From: Diplonema japonicum
Taxonomy: Eukaryota > Protista > Euglenozoa: Diplonemea
Direction: 5' to 3'
Assembly (NCBI GenBank): GCA_964019335.1
Contig: OZ025739.1
Coordinates: 62,001 to 126,000, forward strand
Length of the DNA: 64,000 bases
Under the pieces are notes generated by a model. That model searched no databases and was not told where the DNA came from. It worked only from the letters and a program-made list of their open reading frames with translations. Shown here piece after piece: positions 44,178 to 55,856 of the stretch. The translations under genes were made by a program, and so were the position numbers. The stretch's first letter is position 1; each line of letters starts with the position of its first letter.

Positions 44178-47100
44178 ATGTCGGGGAAAGAGAAGCCGCA
44201 GTACACAACAGGTGGGAAGATGATCAGGAAGGCGGCCCTGCCCACACATGAACAAATGAAAGCATCGCTCCCTGCAAGAATGTCGCCGACAGGCAGAAGG
44301 AGTTTAAAAGAAGGAGGCAACGGCGAGAGCGACAACGTGAGGGTGATGGTAAGAGTGCGACCCTTTTCAGACGCTGAAATCAAGATAGCAGAGGAAGGAG
44401 GTGAGTACATGCAAAGCGTAATCGACATGCCGAGAATGGATCAGGTTGTGTACCTGGATCACTTGAATGACTACCAGGTGAAGAACGGATACAATTTTGA
44501 CAAAGTATTCTGGTCTTGTACACAGCAGGCATCGGGCTCTGGTTTCGCAACTCAAAATGATGTCTTCCACACCACAGGTCGTTCTGCCCTTGAGTCAGCA
44601 TGGGATGGGATCAACTCCTGCATCTTTGCCTACGGGCAAACCGGTTCAGGTAAAACCCACACCATGATGGGCGATCCTTCGCAAATCGCTTCTGAGGAGG
44701 GATGCGATGAAGAGTTGATCGGGGTGATCCCCCGGCTATGCAGGGAACTTTTCAACAACCTAGACGAGCGAAAGGAAACCTCCGAGAAGGCCGGCATGCG
44801 CAAGGAAATCGAAGTCGAGGTTCGTTTCCTCGAAATCTACAACGAGAAGGTCCGCGATCTTCTCCTCAACGCGCAGTTAGAGGACTGCGAGCAGTTCAAA
44901 GAACACATCAACATGAAAGGCCAGTCCATCGATCCCGACGACCTCCGCATCCGTGAGCACCCCATCACAGGCCCCTACGTGCATGGCATCACCGTCTTCA
45001 AACCCAAATCCTATGAGCAGATCATCGACCTCATCAACCAAGGCAACCAGGAGCGTTCCACCGCTGCCACCAAACTGAACGACAGGTCGTCTAGATCGCA
45101 CGCTATGTTCAGAGTATGTTAGAGAGGGAAAAGAAAAAAAAAAAAAAAAAAAAAAAAAAACGCGCAGATCACGCTCACCCAGACCACCATTGTCCTGCAA
45201 GAAAGGGTTGGGATCGGCGGCCCCAAGACGGTATGGCTACCTTGGACACCTTCTTACATTCTTACAATCACAGCTTACCAGCGAGAGGCGCTCGAACATG
45301 AACCTTGTCGACCTCGCAGGTAGCGAGAATGTGAAGAGATCCGGTGCGGCAGGCGCCACGCTAGTTGAGGCACAGAAGATCAACCTGTCGCTCACTACCC
45401 TGCGTCGGGTCATAGACGCTCTTATCGACAACAAGGCCGCCTCTGTGGTGCCGTACAGAGACAGTACGCTGACGTGGCTGCTCAGACAGGACTTGGGCGG
45501 CAATGCGAAGACCTTCATGTTGGCCACGGTGAGCCCGCACTTCACGAACGCTCACGAATCGTTCAGAACGCTGGAGTACGCGATGCGAGCGAAGAGCATA
45601 GTCAACGTAATCAGGGTGAACGAGGACGACACCGCCAAGCTGATCAACGACCTCGAGAAGCGTATTAATGAAGCGCAACAAGGCATCAACGCAGGCACCG
45701 CGTCCAATGAGGAACTCGAACTGTTACACGCGAACCTCGCTGACGCCGAGCACGCCAAGTACCTCCTCGAACAACGATACAACAAGATCGCCGCAGAGGC
45801 AGAGGCATACAAGATCGACCTCGAACGGACAAAAGAGAAACAAGTCGCACAAGCGTTCAAAAACGCAGTTGTGTTAAACCTAACCCGCGCCAGGCTCAAG
45901 GCGGCGCAGGAAACCATCGAATCGAAGGACAGCGAATTAAAATCCTACAATGCGAAGGTGAAGGCCGCCGGGCATTCGGACGTGAACGAGATGGCAGGCT
46001 CGCTGTTAGGACACAGAGAGCTGCTGGAAAACCTGTTGAAAGATAAAGAGGAACTGAAGAACAAGTCCGAGCGGTTAAAACAACAGGAACAAGAACTGCG
46101 AACAGCCCTAGCGAAGGAACAGGACGAACTGGAAAAAGAGAAAACGGCAAAGAAAGACCTGGAAGCAAAGGGGGCATCGCAGACATTGGAAACAACAATG
46201 CTAAACGACAGGGTCACCGAACTGACGGAAAGGACGGAGTTGCTACTGAGGGAACACGAAAACGAGAAGCGACGTGTGAAGCAGCACCACGATGGGGAAC
46301 TGACGGCCATCGTGCAGGAAAGCGAGGACATGATGAAAACACTGCAAGACAAAGAGGACAAACTGCACCTCCAAATGCAGGAGGAGAAGGACAAATGCAG
46401 AAGGGAGCTGAGATCTGCAAGCTATGACGCAGAATACCAGCAGAGACTACTCCACACCGACATCGAAAGGCTGAGAAAGGAGCTTCTAGAAGAAAGGGAA
46501 GCGCATGAAAAGACAAAACAACTCCTAGAAGACGAGAAAGCAAGAGTTCTTTACGAAAAGAACGAACACGCGCTCACGAAGCAAACCCACGACGCTAAAA
46601 TAGCACAAATGGAAGAAGACATGAAAGATCTAATCGAACACGCAAGACAGTGCGACAAGGACTACAGCGAAAAAGTCAAGGAAAAAGAGGAAATGCAGAA
46701 ATTCTTCGGCAGTGTGGAGAAACGGCAGTCTGCCATGGACGGTCTTTATGAAGACGTGGTAAAGGTGATGACAGAACTGCAAGCCAACGAAGGGATACCG
46801 AAGGAATGGACCATGAAGGACGTGAAGGAGATGTTGAAGATGTTCAAAGCGTACAAAAAGGATTACAGGAGCAACAAACCGAACAAAGAGAAGCTTAGAC
46901 AGATGCTACGAGCAGACCCTGGACGGCGGGGCGCAGACCGCATGAGAGAACTACTCTCCACAGGTGTTTCATCCGAGCTACCTGGCGTCCAGGTGATCAT
47001 GGACGGCATCAAGTGCCCAGAACTCCCTCCACGAAGGTCTAAATCACCCCATCAAACCCACTATGACCCTGAGGCAAACTCACCTACTGAAGCTGATAAG

Positions 47101-47259
47101 ATGCCTTACTTAAGCGACTCGCCCACCGCCGCGCCCTTGTATCCTCAATCTGCATTTGGAAGGTACCCCACATACAATGCTCCAGGGGTTAGAAGCTACT
47201 CCAGGGAGCGTTCGCGAGAGAGATCGAGGACTCCAACAGGAGTTAGGTATGGGATTTAA

Positions 47260-47295
<36 letters not shown>

Positions 47296-47531
47296 TCTCC
47301 TGTCTCCCCAGTGAACCTCAACGGGACAAGCAAGTCACCGCAGCAGGGTAAGTACCGGTCTCCAAAGCGTGAAGGTTCTAGTTCCCCCCGGTCGCCTCGT
47401 CCTTCTTCCCCTCGAGGGAAAACAACAGGAACTAAGTATGTGGGAAAAAAAAAAGGGATGGGGATGATTTTTTTTTAAAAAAAAACTTTTTTTTTTGTAG
47501 GGGCGTGAAGAAAGTCAAGAAGCATCACTGA
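44178..47531 (+). CDS. Kinesin-3-like motor with long coiled-coil stalk; introns 45114-45167, 45231-45273, 47247-47294, 47436-47500
   Basis: VRVRP, FAYGQTGSGKT, IREHP..GPYV, NDRSSRSHA, LVDLAGSE and VPYRDSTLTWLL..LGGN motifs. Confidence 0.9.
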
Positions 47532-48326
47532 TTTTTTTTTGTCTCCCACAACCGCAAACACCCGAAAAAAAATAAATCAGAAACGAAACGAAAAGAAAGA
47601 AAGAAGAAAAAAAAAAAGAATTCTGCGGCAGCGTAGTGAATACTTCTGAGCTCTAGGCTTCAAAAGTACATGCGTTATGTCGCATTGGAGGGGGTTTTTT
47701 TTTTATTCAGGGAAATATTAGTGGGTTGCTTTGTTACTATAAATATGTTTTTTTTTTCCCTCTCTCTTTCATTTTTTTTTTGGAAAAAAAAAAGAACTGA
47801 ATAAAAAAGAAGAAAATGTTGCTCCCTGAAAAAGAACAGAAGGAGAAAGAGAAGACAGAAAAAAAAAAGCACACATAGAGCTTTTTGATCGCCAAAAAAA
47901 AAAAAAAAAAAAAAAGCAAGGGGATGAAAGGAAAGGAAAACAACGACAAAAAATGTTGTATTTTATGTTTGCCCCCCCCCCCCCCCCCCCCAATGTCTCT
48001 TTTTTTCCAAGGAAAAAAAGGGAAATCATACACTCGCAAAAAAAAAAAAAAGGAACTCCGTCGCCTTCCGGTTCAGTCCCCCTCCCCCTTGTATTTTTAA
48101 TTTTTTTTTCCCCCCTCTTTGTTTCCCCGACCCTTCAGTCAGAAAAAAAAAATGAAAAAAAAAATGAATGACTTTCTTCCTTTTTATTATCTCTCTTTTC
48201 GCACCCGTCTTCTTGTACGCCAGATATTGACTTATGTGGTTACTGATGCCAGTGTAATCTTCTTTTTTATTTTTATTTTTTTTTTGTTGCCCAGTATTCT
48301 ATATTTCATAACCCGTCAACAGGAAG

Positions 48327-51062
48327 ATGAACCAGATGGTGAGCACCACGAACATGGCCGCCCTGGAGAAGGAGGTAATTAAGCTGAGGCAAGAGCTTGG
48401 AAGCAAGGGGAGCCACGTGTCTGAGGCCGACCAACTTAGGGAGGAAATAAAAAAGCTGAAGAACACCCTAACCGCTGGTGGTAGTGTCGCTGGGTACGCT
48501 TGGCAACGCAGCTGGGCAGAAGAACTCCCCGAAGCCCCGCCTGACGCCATTTTCGGTCTGGCCGCTAAGTACAAATCAGACCCATCTCCTAAGAAGATAG
48601 ATCTGGTTGTTGGTGCTTACAGAACTGAAGAGGGTTCACCGTACCTTCTTCCTTCTGTCGCTGAGGCTGAAAGGCGTCTTGCATCTTCCAGGGTGAGGAA
48701 GGAGTATTCCCCCATCCTTGGGATTCCGTCTTTCCGACATGCCTCTGCTGCCCTTGTCCTCGGCAAGGACTCCCCTGCTCTCAATGAGGGGCGTGTTGCC
48801 ACCTGTCAGTCCCTCTCCGGGACCGGTGCTCTGAGCCTTGTCGCCAACCTTTATGCTCGCTTTGTTCCTATGGAGACGCCTGTCCTGCTTTCCAACCCCA
48901 CGTGGGCCAACCACAAGCAGATCTTCTCGCATGTTGGCTTCCGGAACTTTGTGAACTACCAGTACTGGGACCCCGTCAGCAGGGGTTTCAACTTCGAGGG
49001 AATGCTTCACGACGTCGAGGCTGCCCCGCAGAGATCCATTGTTGTGCTGCACTTATGCGCGCACAACCCCACCGGCTGCGACCCTACCATCGAGCAGTGG
49101 AGGGCCATCGGGAAGGTGTGCTGGGAGCGTCGCCACCACGTCGTCTTCGACAGTGCCTACCAGGGGTACGCAACAGGCGACCTGGAGAGGGACGCGTGGC
49201 CCGCGAGGTTGTTCGAGCGTGAGCTTGGTGTCGAGTTCTGCGTGACGCAGTCGTACTCCAAGAACATGGGGCTGTACGGGGAGCGGATCGGCGCCTTGGT
49301 GTACGTGTGCAAGACAAAGACATCAGTGCAGGCCATCGAGGAGCAGGTGAAGATCATCGCAAGGAGGTCGTACTCAAACCCCCCCATGCATGGTGCTCTG
49401 CTGGTAACCACCATCTTGGAAGACCCTGTGCTCTGTCAGCAGTGGGAAAGGGAGCTGAAGGCAATGTCCTTGAGAATCACGAAAATGAGAACCGAGCTGC
49501 GCAACGCGCTGGAGCACCTCAACGTCCCGGGGTCGTGGAAGCACATCACAGAACAGATCGGGATGTTCTCCTTCACAGGGCTCACCAAGCAGCAGGTGTC
49601 CGTCATGACCGAGAAGTTCCGCATCTACATGCTGCCCTCTGGGCGTGTGTCGATGGCGGGTCTCTCCAGCAAGAACATCATGTACGTGGCTGAGGCCATT
49701 GAAAATGCTATCGCGACGTACCCTATGAAGAACCCAAAGCAGGCTGTGAACCAGTTTGAGGCTCGTGAGGATGTGAAAAAGAGGCTGGATCCCTTCAGAC
49801 TGCCCTCGCCTTTGGGACAGTGGACGCAGCTTCCGACCACGCTCTCGTCGGACGCCGTCTTCGGCGCGTTAGAGTTATACAGGGCCGACCCCAGCCCCAA
49901 CAAGATCAACCTAGTCCTGGTGGCGGACGGAACCACATCCCGCGGTTCCTCTCCCGCTCTTCTGAACTCTGTTGCGCAAGCGGAGGTTCGCCTTGCCGAA
50001 GCAAGGGGGCAGAAGGAGTACATGCCCATTGATGGAACCGCTGATTTCCGTGTCGCCTCTGCGTCTCTCATTCTAGGCGAGGACAGCCCTGCACTGAGGG
50101 AGGGCAGGGTTGCCACGTGCCAGTCCATCAGCGGTACCGGCGCCTTGGGTTTGGTTGCGTCGTTTTTCTCGAAGTTCCTGCCCATCGAGACCACGGTGTT
50201 GCTCTCCAACCCTACATGGTCCAACCACAAGGACATCTTCGACTTCGCAGGGTTCCGGAACTTCCAGCACCACAGGTACTGGGACTCTGCGAAGAAGCGC
50301 TTCGACTGCAAGGGGATGGTCGAGGACATCGGGAGGGCACCGACGAGGTCCGTCATCATCCTGCAGCTGTGCGCGCACAACCCGTCCGGGATGGACCCGA
50401 CGAAGGAGCAGTGGAGAGAGATCGGGATGGCGTGCTGGGAGAAGAGGCACTACGTGGTACTGGACGCAGCCTACCAGGGGTATGCAACGGGCGACCTGGA
50501 GAGGGACGCGTGGCCCGCGAGGTTATTCGAAAGGGAGATAGGCTTAGAGTTCTGCATCACACAGTCATACTCCAAGCCTCTTGGTCTGTACGGGGAGAGG
50601 ATAGGATGCCTGTCGTACGTGTGCAAGTCGGCGAGAGCAGCAAGAGCGGTACAGTCGCAGGTGAAGGTTATCGTAAGGAGGACCTACTCGAACCCTCCAC
50701 TGCACGGGGCAAGGATCGTGAACACCATTTTGAACGACAAGGACCTCCTTGCACAGTGGAAGAAGGAGCTTCGCGCTATGTCAGACAGGGTCTGCAGGCT
50801 GCGCAGTGCGCTCGTTGCCGAGCTTGAGTCTTTGGGCACTCCTGGTGACTGGAGCTGCATGCGTAACCATATTGGGATGTTCTCTCTCACGGGCCTCACT
50901 CCCGTCCAGGTGGACAAACTCCGTAAAGAGCACCACATTTACTTGCTTCGCAATGGTCGACTCTCTTGGCCCGGCCTTACCGGCCAAGAGTCCGTGAACA
51001 CTGTCGCCAAGGCTATTGATGCTGTGGTCAGGCAGACCGCGGTCCCGAAGAGTAAAATTTAA
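48327..51062 (+). CDS. Tandem double aspartate aminotransferase (two class-I PLP domains) with PTS1-like -SKI
   Basis: Two full AAT units: PPDAIFG..QSLSGTGAL..PTW.NH..AHNP..D.AYQG..SYSKNMGLYGER and SYSKPLGLYGER..YSNPP..IGMFS..GR. Confidence 0.92.
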   Translation: MNQMVSTTNMAALEKEVIKLRQELGSKGSHVSEADQLREEIKKLKNTLTAGGSVAGYAWQRSWAEELPEAPPDAIFGLAAKYKSDPSPKKIDLVVGAYRTEEGSPYLLPSVAEAERRLASSRVRKEYSPILGIPSFRHASAALVLGKDSPALNEGRVATCQSLSGTGALSLVANLYARFVPMETPVLLSNPTWANHKQIFSHVGFRNFVNYQYWDPVSRGFNFEGMLHDVEAAPQRSIVVLHLCAHNPTGCDPTIEQWRAIGKVCWERRHHVVFDSAYQGYATGDLERDAWPARLFERELGVEFCVTQSYSKNMGLYGERIGALVYVCKTKTSVQAIEEQVKIIARRSYSNPPMHGALLVTTILEDPVLCQQWERELKAMSLRITKMRTELRNALEHLNVPGSWKHITEQIGMFSFTGLTKQQVSVMTEKFRIYMLPSGRVSMAGLSSKNIMYVAEAIENAIATYPMKNPKQAVNQFEAREDVKKRLDPFRLPSPLGQWTQLPTTLSSDAVFGALELYRADPSPNKINLVLVADGTTSRGSSPALLNSVAQAEVRLAEARGQKEYMPIDGTADFRVASASLILGEDSPALREGRVATCQSISGTGALGLVASFFSKFLPIETTVLLSNPTWSNHKDIFDFAGFRNFQHHRYWDSAKKRFDCKGMVEDIGRAPTRSVIILQLCAHNPSGMDPTKEQWREIGMACWEKRHYVVLDAAYQGYATGDLERDAWPARLFEREIGLEFCITQSYSKPLGLYGERIGCLSYVCKSARAARAVQSQVKVIVRRTYSNPPLHGARIVNTILNDKDLLAQWKKELRAMSDRVCRLRSALVAELESLGTPGDWSCMRNHIGMFSLTGLTPVQVDKLRKEHHIYLLRNGRLSWPGLTGQESVNTVAKAIDAVVRQTAVPKSKI

Positions 51063-51993
51063 AGGAAAAAAAAAAAAAAAGGGAGGGGAAAAGGAACGCT
51101 TACAGTGTACAATATACTTCGGTTAGTGCGTGATTTTTTTTTTTTTTTTTGAAAGAGAGAAAAAAAGAGGGAAGTAAAAAAAAAAAAAAAAAAAAAAAAG
51201 TGTGATGATTTTTTTTTTGTGGGGTGCCAGACCCTAATATATACAGAGGAAGGGGAGGGAGAAAGGGAAATGAAACTTCTCGTTTGTTGTAGCAGGGTTT
51301 GTTTTTCCCTTTACTTTTTCGTATCATCTCTTTTTTCTTTTGCACCCCCACCCCCTTTTTTTTGAAACCTCTGCCCCTCCCATTTTGTTTTGTGTGGTCT
51401 GCCCACCTGCTGGTATTCCTTTTCAAATTATTCCCATTTTTTTAAACAACAACAAGAGAAAAAAAAAGAATAAGCAATTTAGTTTTTTTTTTTTTTCCCA
51501 TTCTTCCTCTCCCAGAGGAACTAATTGAACTTATCGTTGTAGGCTTTTGATACCCGCCCCGTCCCGTCCCCCCGCTGGGAAGAAGAATTAAAATAAAAGG
51601 GAAACTAAAGCACCCCCCCCCCCCCCCCGCGAAGTCTTTTTCTCGAAAAGAAAAAAAAATGCTTCAGCAACAGTGGCGGTGGGACCCCATTTTTTTTAAA
51701 AATCTTTTTATGAAAAAAGAGGAAAGAAAAGGTTACACTTCCTTCTATTTTGTTTAGGCAATACCGGATGTCTAAAAAAAGAAACACGATTTTTTTTAAA
51801 ATCGAGACAACTTTTTTTTTTTTTTACTCCCCCAACCCCCTCGTTCTTTGTTATATATTCGGGAAAATTAATTTCCTTGGAAAAAAAAAAACCCCCTCCC
51901 CATCTCAGACCTAACCCGCAAAAAGAAGAGAAAAAAAAAAGAATACACACATACGTAACAATACAAAAAAAAAAGCAAAAAAAAAAAAAAAAA

Positions 51994-52596
51994 ATGAAGT
52001 TGAGTTTGGAAGTGGGTGAAGATCTCAATGGATATCTCGATGTGGAAATTGAAGAAGATGCTAGCATTGAGGAATTATACAGGATTTGCAGCGCGAAGTA
52101 CGGGGAACCAGTGGAAGTCCTGATGGTGAAGGGTCAGTGCGGGGATGACGAAGCACTGGAGAAAGATAAGATGGACAGTTTAAAAGATGTCGGGCTCCAG
52201 AACGGGGACAGACTGATCGCACAAATCTGCGGCGAGCCCACCACATCCGTAGCGAAGGAAGCAGAGGTGTTGCAAAGCAACAACCGTAAACCATCCACAA
52301 TACACGACATGTACGAGGCAGCATCAAACGATGACGCGCCACTTATCTTCAGCCTTTACGAACAGGATCAAATTCCTTACTCGTCCTTGTTGTATGGGTA
52401 CACCCCACTACACGCAGCAGCAAGGAAGAACTCTTCTGCGGCCGTGGAGGCGCTCTTGAAACTCGGGGAAAACCCGTTGATCCTTTCATCGGACGGCCAC
52501 ACCCCTTACCATTACGCATGGGCGACGAGGGGCTTTGCTGCCCAAAAAATGCTCGCTCAAAACGGTGGAAAAACCGAGGATTGCTCTGTGATGTGA
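51994..52596 (+). CDS. Ubiquitin-like domain + ankyrin repeat protein
   Basis: N-terminal Ubl pattern (SIEELY..SLKDVGLQNGDRL) and ankyrin motifs GYTPLHAAA, DGHTPYHYA. Confidence 0.75.
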   Translation: MKLSLEVGEDLNGYLDVEIEEDASIEELYRICSAKYGEPVEVLMVKGQCGDDEALEKDKMDSLKDVGLQNGDRLIAQICGEPTTSVAKEAEVLQSNNRKPSTIHDMYEAASNDDAPLIFSLYEQDQIPYSSLLYGYTPLHAAARKNSSAAVEALLKLGENPLILSSDGHTPYHYAWATRGFAAQKMLAQNGGKTEDCSVM

Positions 52597-52711
52597 CATT
52601 TCCCATTTCCCTCCCACCCCCTTCCTTTTTTTTTTTTTTTTTTATCCCCCAATTTTTTTTTCCAAAAAAAAAAAAAAAAAAAGGACACACACACACAAAA
52701 AAAAAAAAAAA

Positions 52712-54767
52712 ATGGACACTGTTGCGGAAGATTGGACGGAGCTTGGGAAGGATAAAAACGGCCATTCGATCGTTTACAGAAGACAGTTCTGCTATAGAAT
52801 GAGGTGGAATGTGGACATGGGGCAGTGCCTGGTGGCGGCGGCGCCGTTCGGCGGGCCGGTGGCGATCACAAGAAACCCCAACGTGCTCGTACAGGCAACC
52901 AAGCCATCGACGAAGCCCATGGTGGGGGTCTATTCCTCAAGCGGTGGGTTGATATCGCAATTCGCACAACAGGGGAGCATCATCTTCGGTCTGGACTGGT
53001 CATCAGAGGAGTACCTCATCACACTGTTTTCCGACGGCTCTATCTTCTCGCAAGATATCCACGGGACACTACGAGGCCGTGACAACCTCGGTGTCAACAC
53101 CACCGTCCTCGCCGCTTCCTTCCATTCTCGCGGTGTTGCAGTACTCCTCGCGGACATGCAGCTTATTCATGTTGCTTATAGGATGAACGAGTCAAAAGTG
53201 TGGGGTATAAATGTAATGGCATCTGTTGGGCTATCTCATAAACCGCTCTGCCTGCAGGTCATTCCTCCTAAAGATGAGGACACTGATATCAGCGAGGTGC
53301 GGGTTTTAATATCACCGGACGCGAAGGACAGCCCGCAGGGAACGCTCTTCGCAGTCGATTTCCAACGAAAGGTCGATTTGCAGACCAAGCTTCCACATGT
53401 TCATAAAATCGCGGTGAACCCCAAAGGCACGCAGGTCGCCACGTTCTGCGAAGGCGGTTATGTTAATATATTATCGGTTGATCTGAGGCAGTACTATGCG
53501 AAGTTCTCGACAAAATCTCAAGAAGCGCCTCGGCAACTGTTGTGGTGCGGAAATGATGTTGTAGCATGTGTGTGGTGTCCCGACCAGCTCAACGGTCCTG
53601 ATTCGCTCGTTCTGATCATCGCGCCATGTCAAGAACACACCTCAATCAAAAGTGAAGGAACGATTTTTGTCGTCCCGGAGCTCGACTGCATGCGGTTGTT
53701 AATGAGCTCAGAATGCGGAATCTTCGAAAAGGTCCCAATATGCACACGCGATACATTCGCTCTAGACCCTGACATCCCAGAAACAGATGTAACACGTCTT
53801 CTCGACGCATACCGGGATTTTACTAAACAACGCGCTGCTAGTGTTAAGTCGATCCGGCAACTTTCAGGGGGGAAGTTGGAAAACGCTGTCGACGGTTGCA
53901 TAGACGTGGCAAGCCAAGAATGGGAACCCGAACAACAACAACTTCTCCTAAAGGCCGCTCACTACGGGAAGTCATTCTGCAAAGGCTACGACACGGAGAA
54001 ATTCGTCGAAACCTGCAAGGCACTCCGTGTGTTAAACGCCGTCAGAGCAGCAGAGATAGGAATCCCTCTTACCTGGCATCAATACAACTATCTCTCTCCG
54101 CAGGTACTCATCGACCGCTTGCTCAACAGACGCTTGCACTTCATGGCGTACAAAATCTCGCAGTACCTCGACGGCCCTACCAACAATCACATTAAAAAAA
54201 TTCTGATCCATTGGGCGTTTGAAAAAGTTAAGGCGAAGCTCACCGATGACGAAATAGTAAAGTGCATCCAAGAAAAGTTCAAAGACTGCCCCGGAATCTC
54301 CTACAAGGACGTTGCACAGCGTGCGTACGCGCTCAGAAAGAACAACCTTGCCATCAAGCTTCTCGAAAAAGAACCCAAAGCCTCATCTCAAGTCTCCCTA
54401 CTTATCAGCATGCAAGAAAGTGAAATGGCCCTTGATAAGGCCATCGACAGCGGTGACACAGATTTGGTGTATCTCGTCATGCTGCGCCTTAAGCGTGAGG
54501 TTCCAGATGACCAGCTCATCAGAACTCTAAGCTATAAACCAGTTGCGCGTGATCTCTTTCTTTCGTATTGTGAACACCTGGACCAAAAGCTTCTTCGGAA
54601 ATATTTCGCCACCGAGCAGCTCCACCACCAGACCGCCTTCCAAGCTATCCGAGACTATTTTACGGAGGGCAACGACCACAACAAGCGTGCTAGGCACCTA
54701 AGAGAGGCTCAAGACGCATTTTCAAAGAGAAAAGACCGCGGGGTAGAAAGAGACGTATGGAAACGAG

Positions 54768-54834
<67 letters not shown>

Positions 54835-55502
54835 AGCTCATGATAGAGCAAGACAAGCTTATAACAAAGCAACGCGCGTACGCTGAAAAATTCAAAGATC
54901 CAAGGTTTATAATTTTTTTTTCTTCTTTCAAGAAAAAAAAAAATTTTTTTTTCTCCTCTAGATTTACCACGATGCAGCTTAGTGTAGCAGCAACTCTCAA
55001 ACACTTATTTAGCATCAAGGAGCTCAAGGAAGCCGATAAAATGAAGTCAGACTTTGGGGTTTCGGACAAAATGTTCACTTGGATTAAGCTCAGATCACTT
55101 AGCAAGCACGGTCATTGGGCTGAGCTGGAATCTTGGTCGTCCAAGCTCGGAAGAAAATCACCAATTGGGTATGGGAAAAAAAAAAAAAAAAAAAAAAAAA
55201 TCTCCCGCAGCTTCCGGCCGTTTTTCGACACGTATATGAAATTTGATAAAAAATCCCCTGCAAAAATATTTGTGACGAAGATAGAGGACTACGCGGAACG
55301 ATGTGAGGCGATGTGTTCGTTGGAGATGTTTCAGGTTTGGGGTGCAATAGGATTTTTTTTTTTTTTTAAATTTTCATTTCAGGAAGCTATTAAAGTTGCT
55401 GAGTACGAACGTGATATCGGGATCCTTGAAGCAATTAGAGGCAAAGCACCGGCTTCGTACAAAGCAACAGTAGATACTGCGATTGCGCGGCTTGGTGGTT
55501 GA
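52712..55502 (+). CDS. VPS16: HOPS/CORVET subunit Vps16; introns 54755-54836, 54905-54961, 55169-55210, 55335-55382
   Basis: AAAPFGGPVA, P.QLLWCG, LLKAAHYGKSF, LRVLNAVR..IGIPLT, ALDKAIDSGDTDLVYLV and KSPIGF.PF motifs. Confidence 0.95.
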
Positions 55503-55856
55503 GTGTTTTTCTTCTTTTTTTTCTTTTACCCGTTCTTTCAATGTTTTTCTCGTGGTGGGCACCCAACCGGCGCACCGTTTTTTTAAAAAAAAAAGAAAAT
55601 GATCGAGTTTTTTCGTCCCCCCCCAAAAAAAACAACTCTTTCCTCATTTTTTTTTATTTTGTGCAAAAAAAAAAAAAAAAAAAAACCGAACGTTTGGGTG
55701 TGACAAAACGAAAGAAGAGCGAGGGGGGGGGAAATAAAAGTTTAGTTTTTCTTTTTTTTTCCCCGCCCCTCTCTCTCTCTCTTTTATTTTGATTTTCTCC
55801 CACCCCACATACCACCTCCAAAATCTTTTGCAGGGGATTTAAAAAAAAAAAAAAAA

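Noticed and set aside
5253-55382. Apparent frameshifts or premature stops suggesting pseudogenes or a variant genetic code
   Set aside because: All are resolved by short GT-AG introns under the standard code.
3525-55502. Apparent trafficking gene cluster (FHIP, PEF, TTRAY, kinesin-3, VPS16)
   Set aside because: The genes are scattered among unrelated ones; polycistronic clusters are generally not functional operons.
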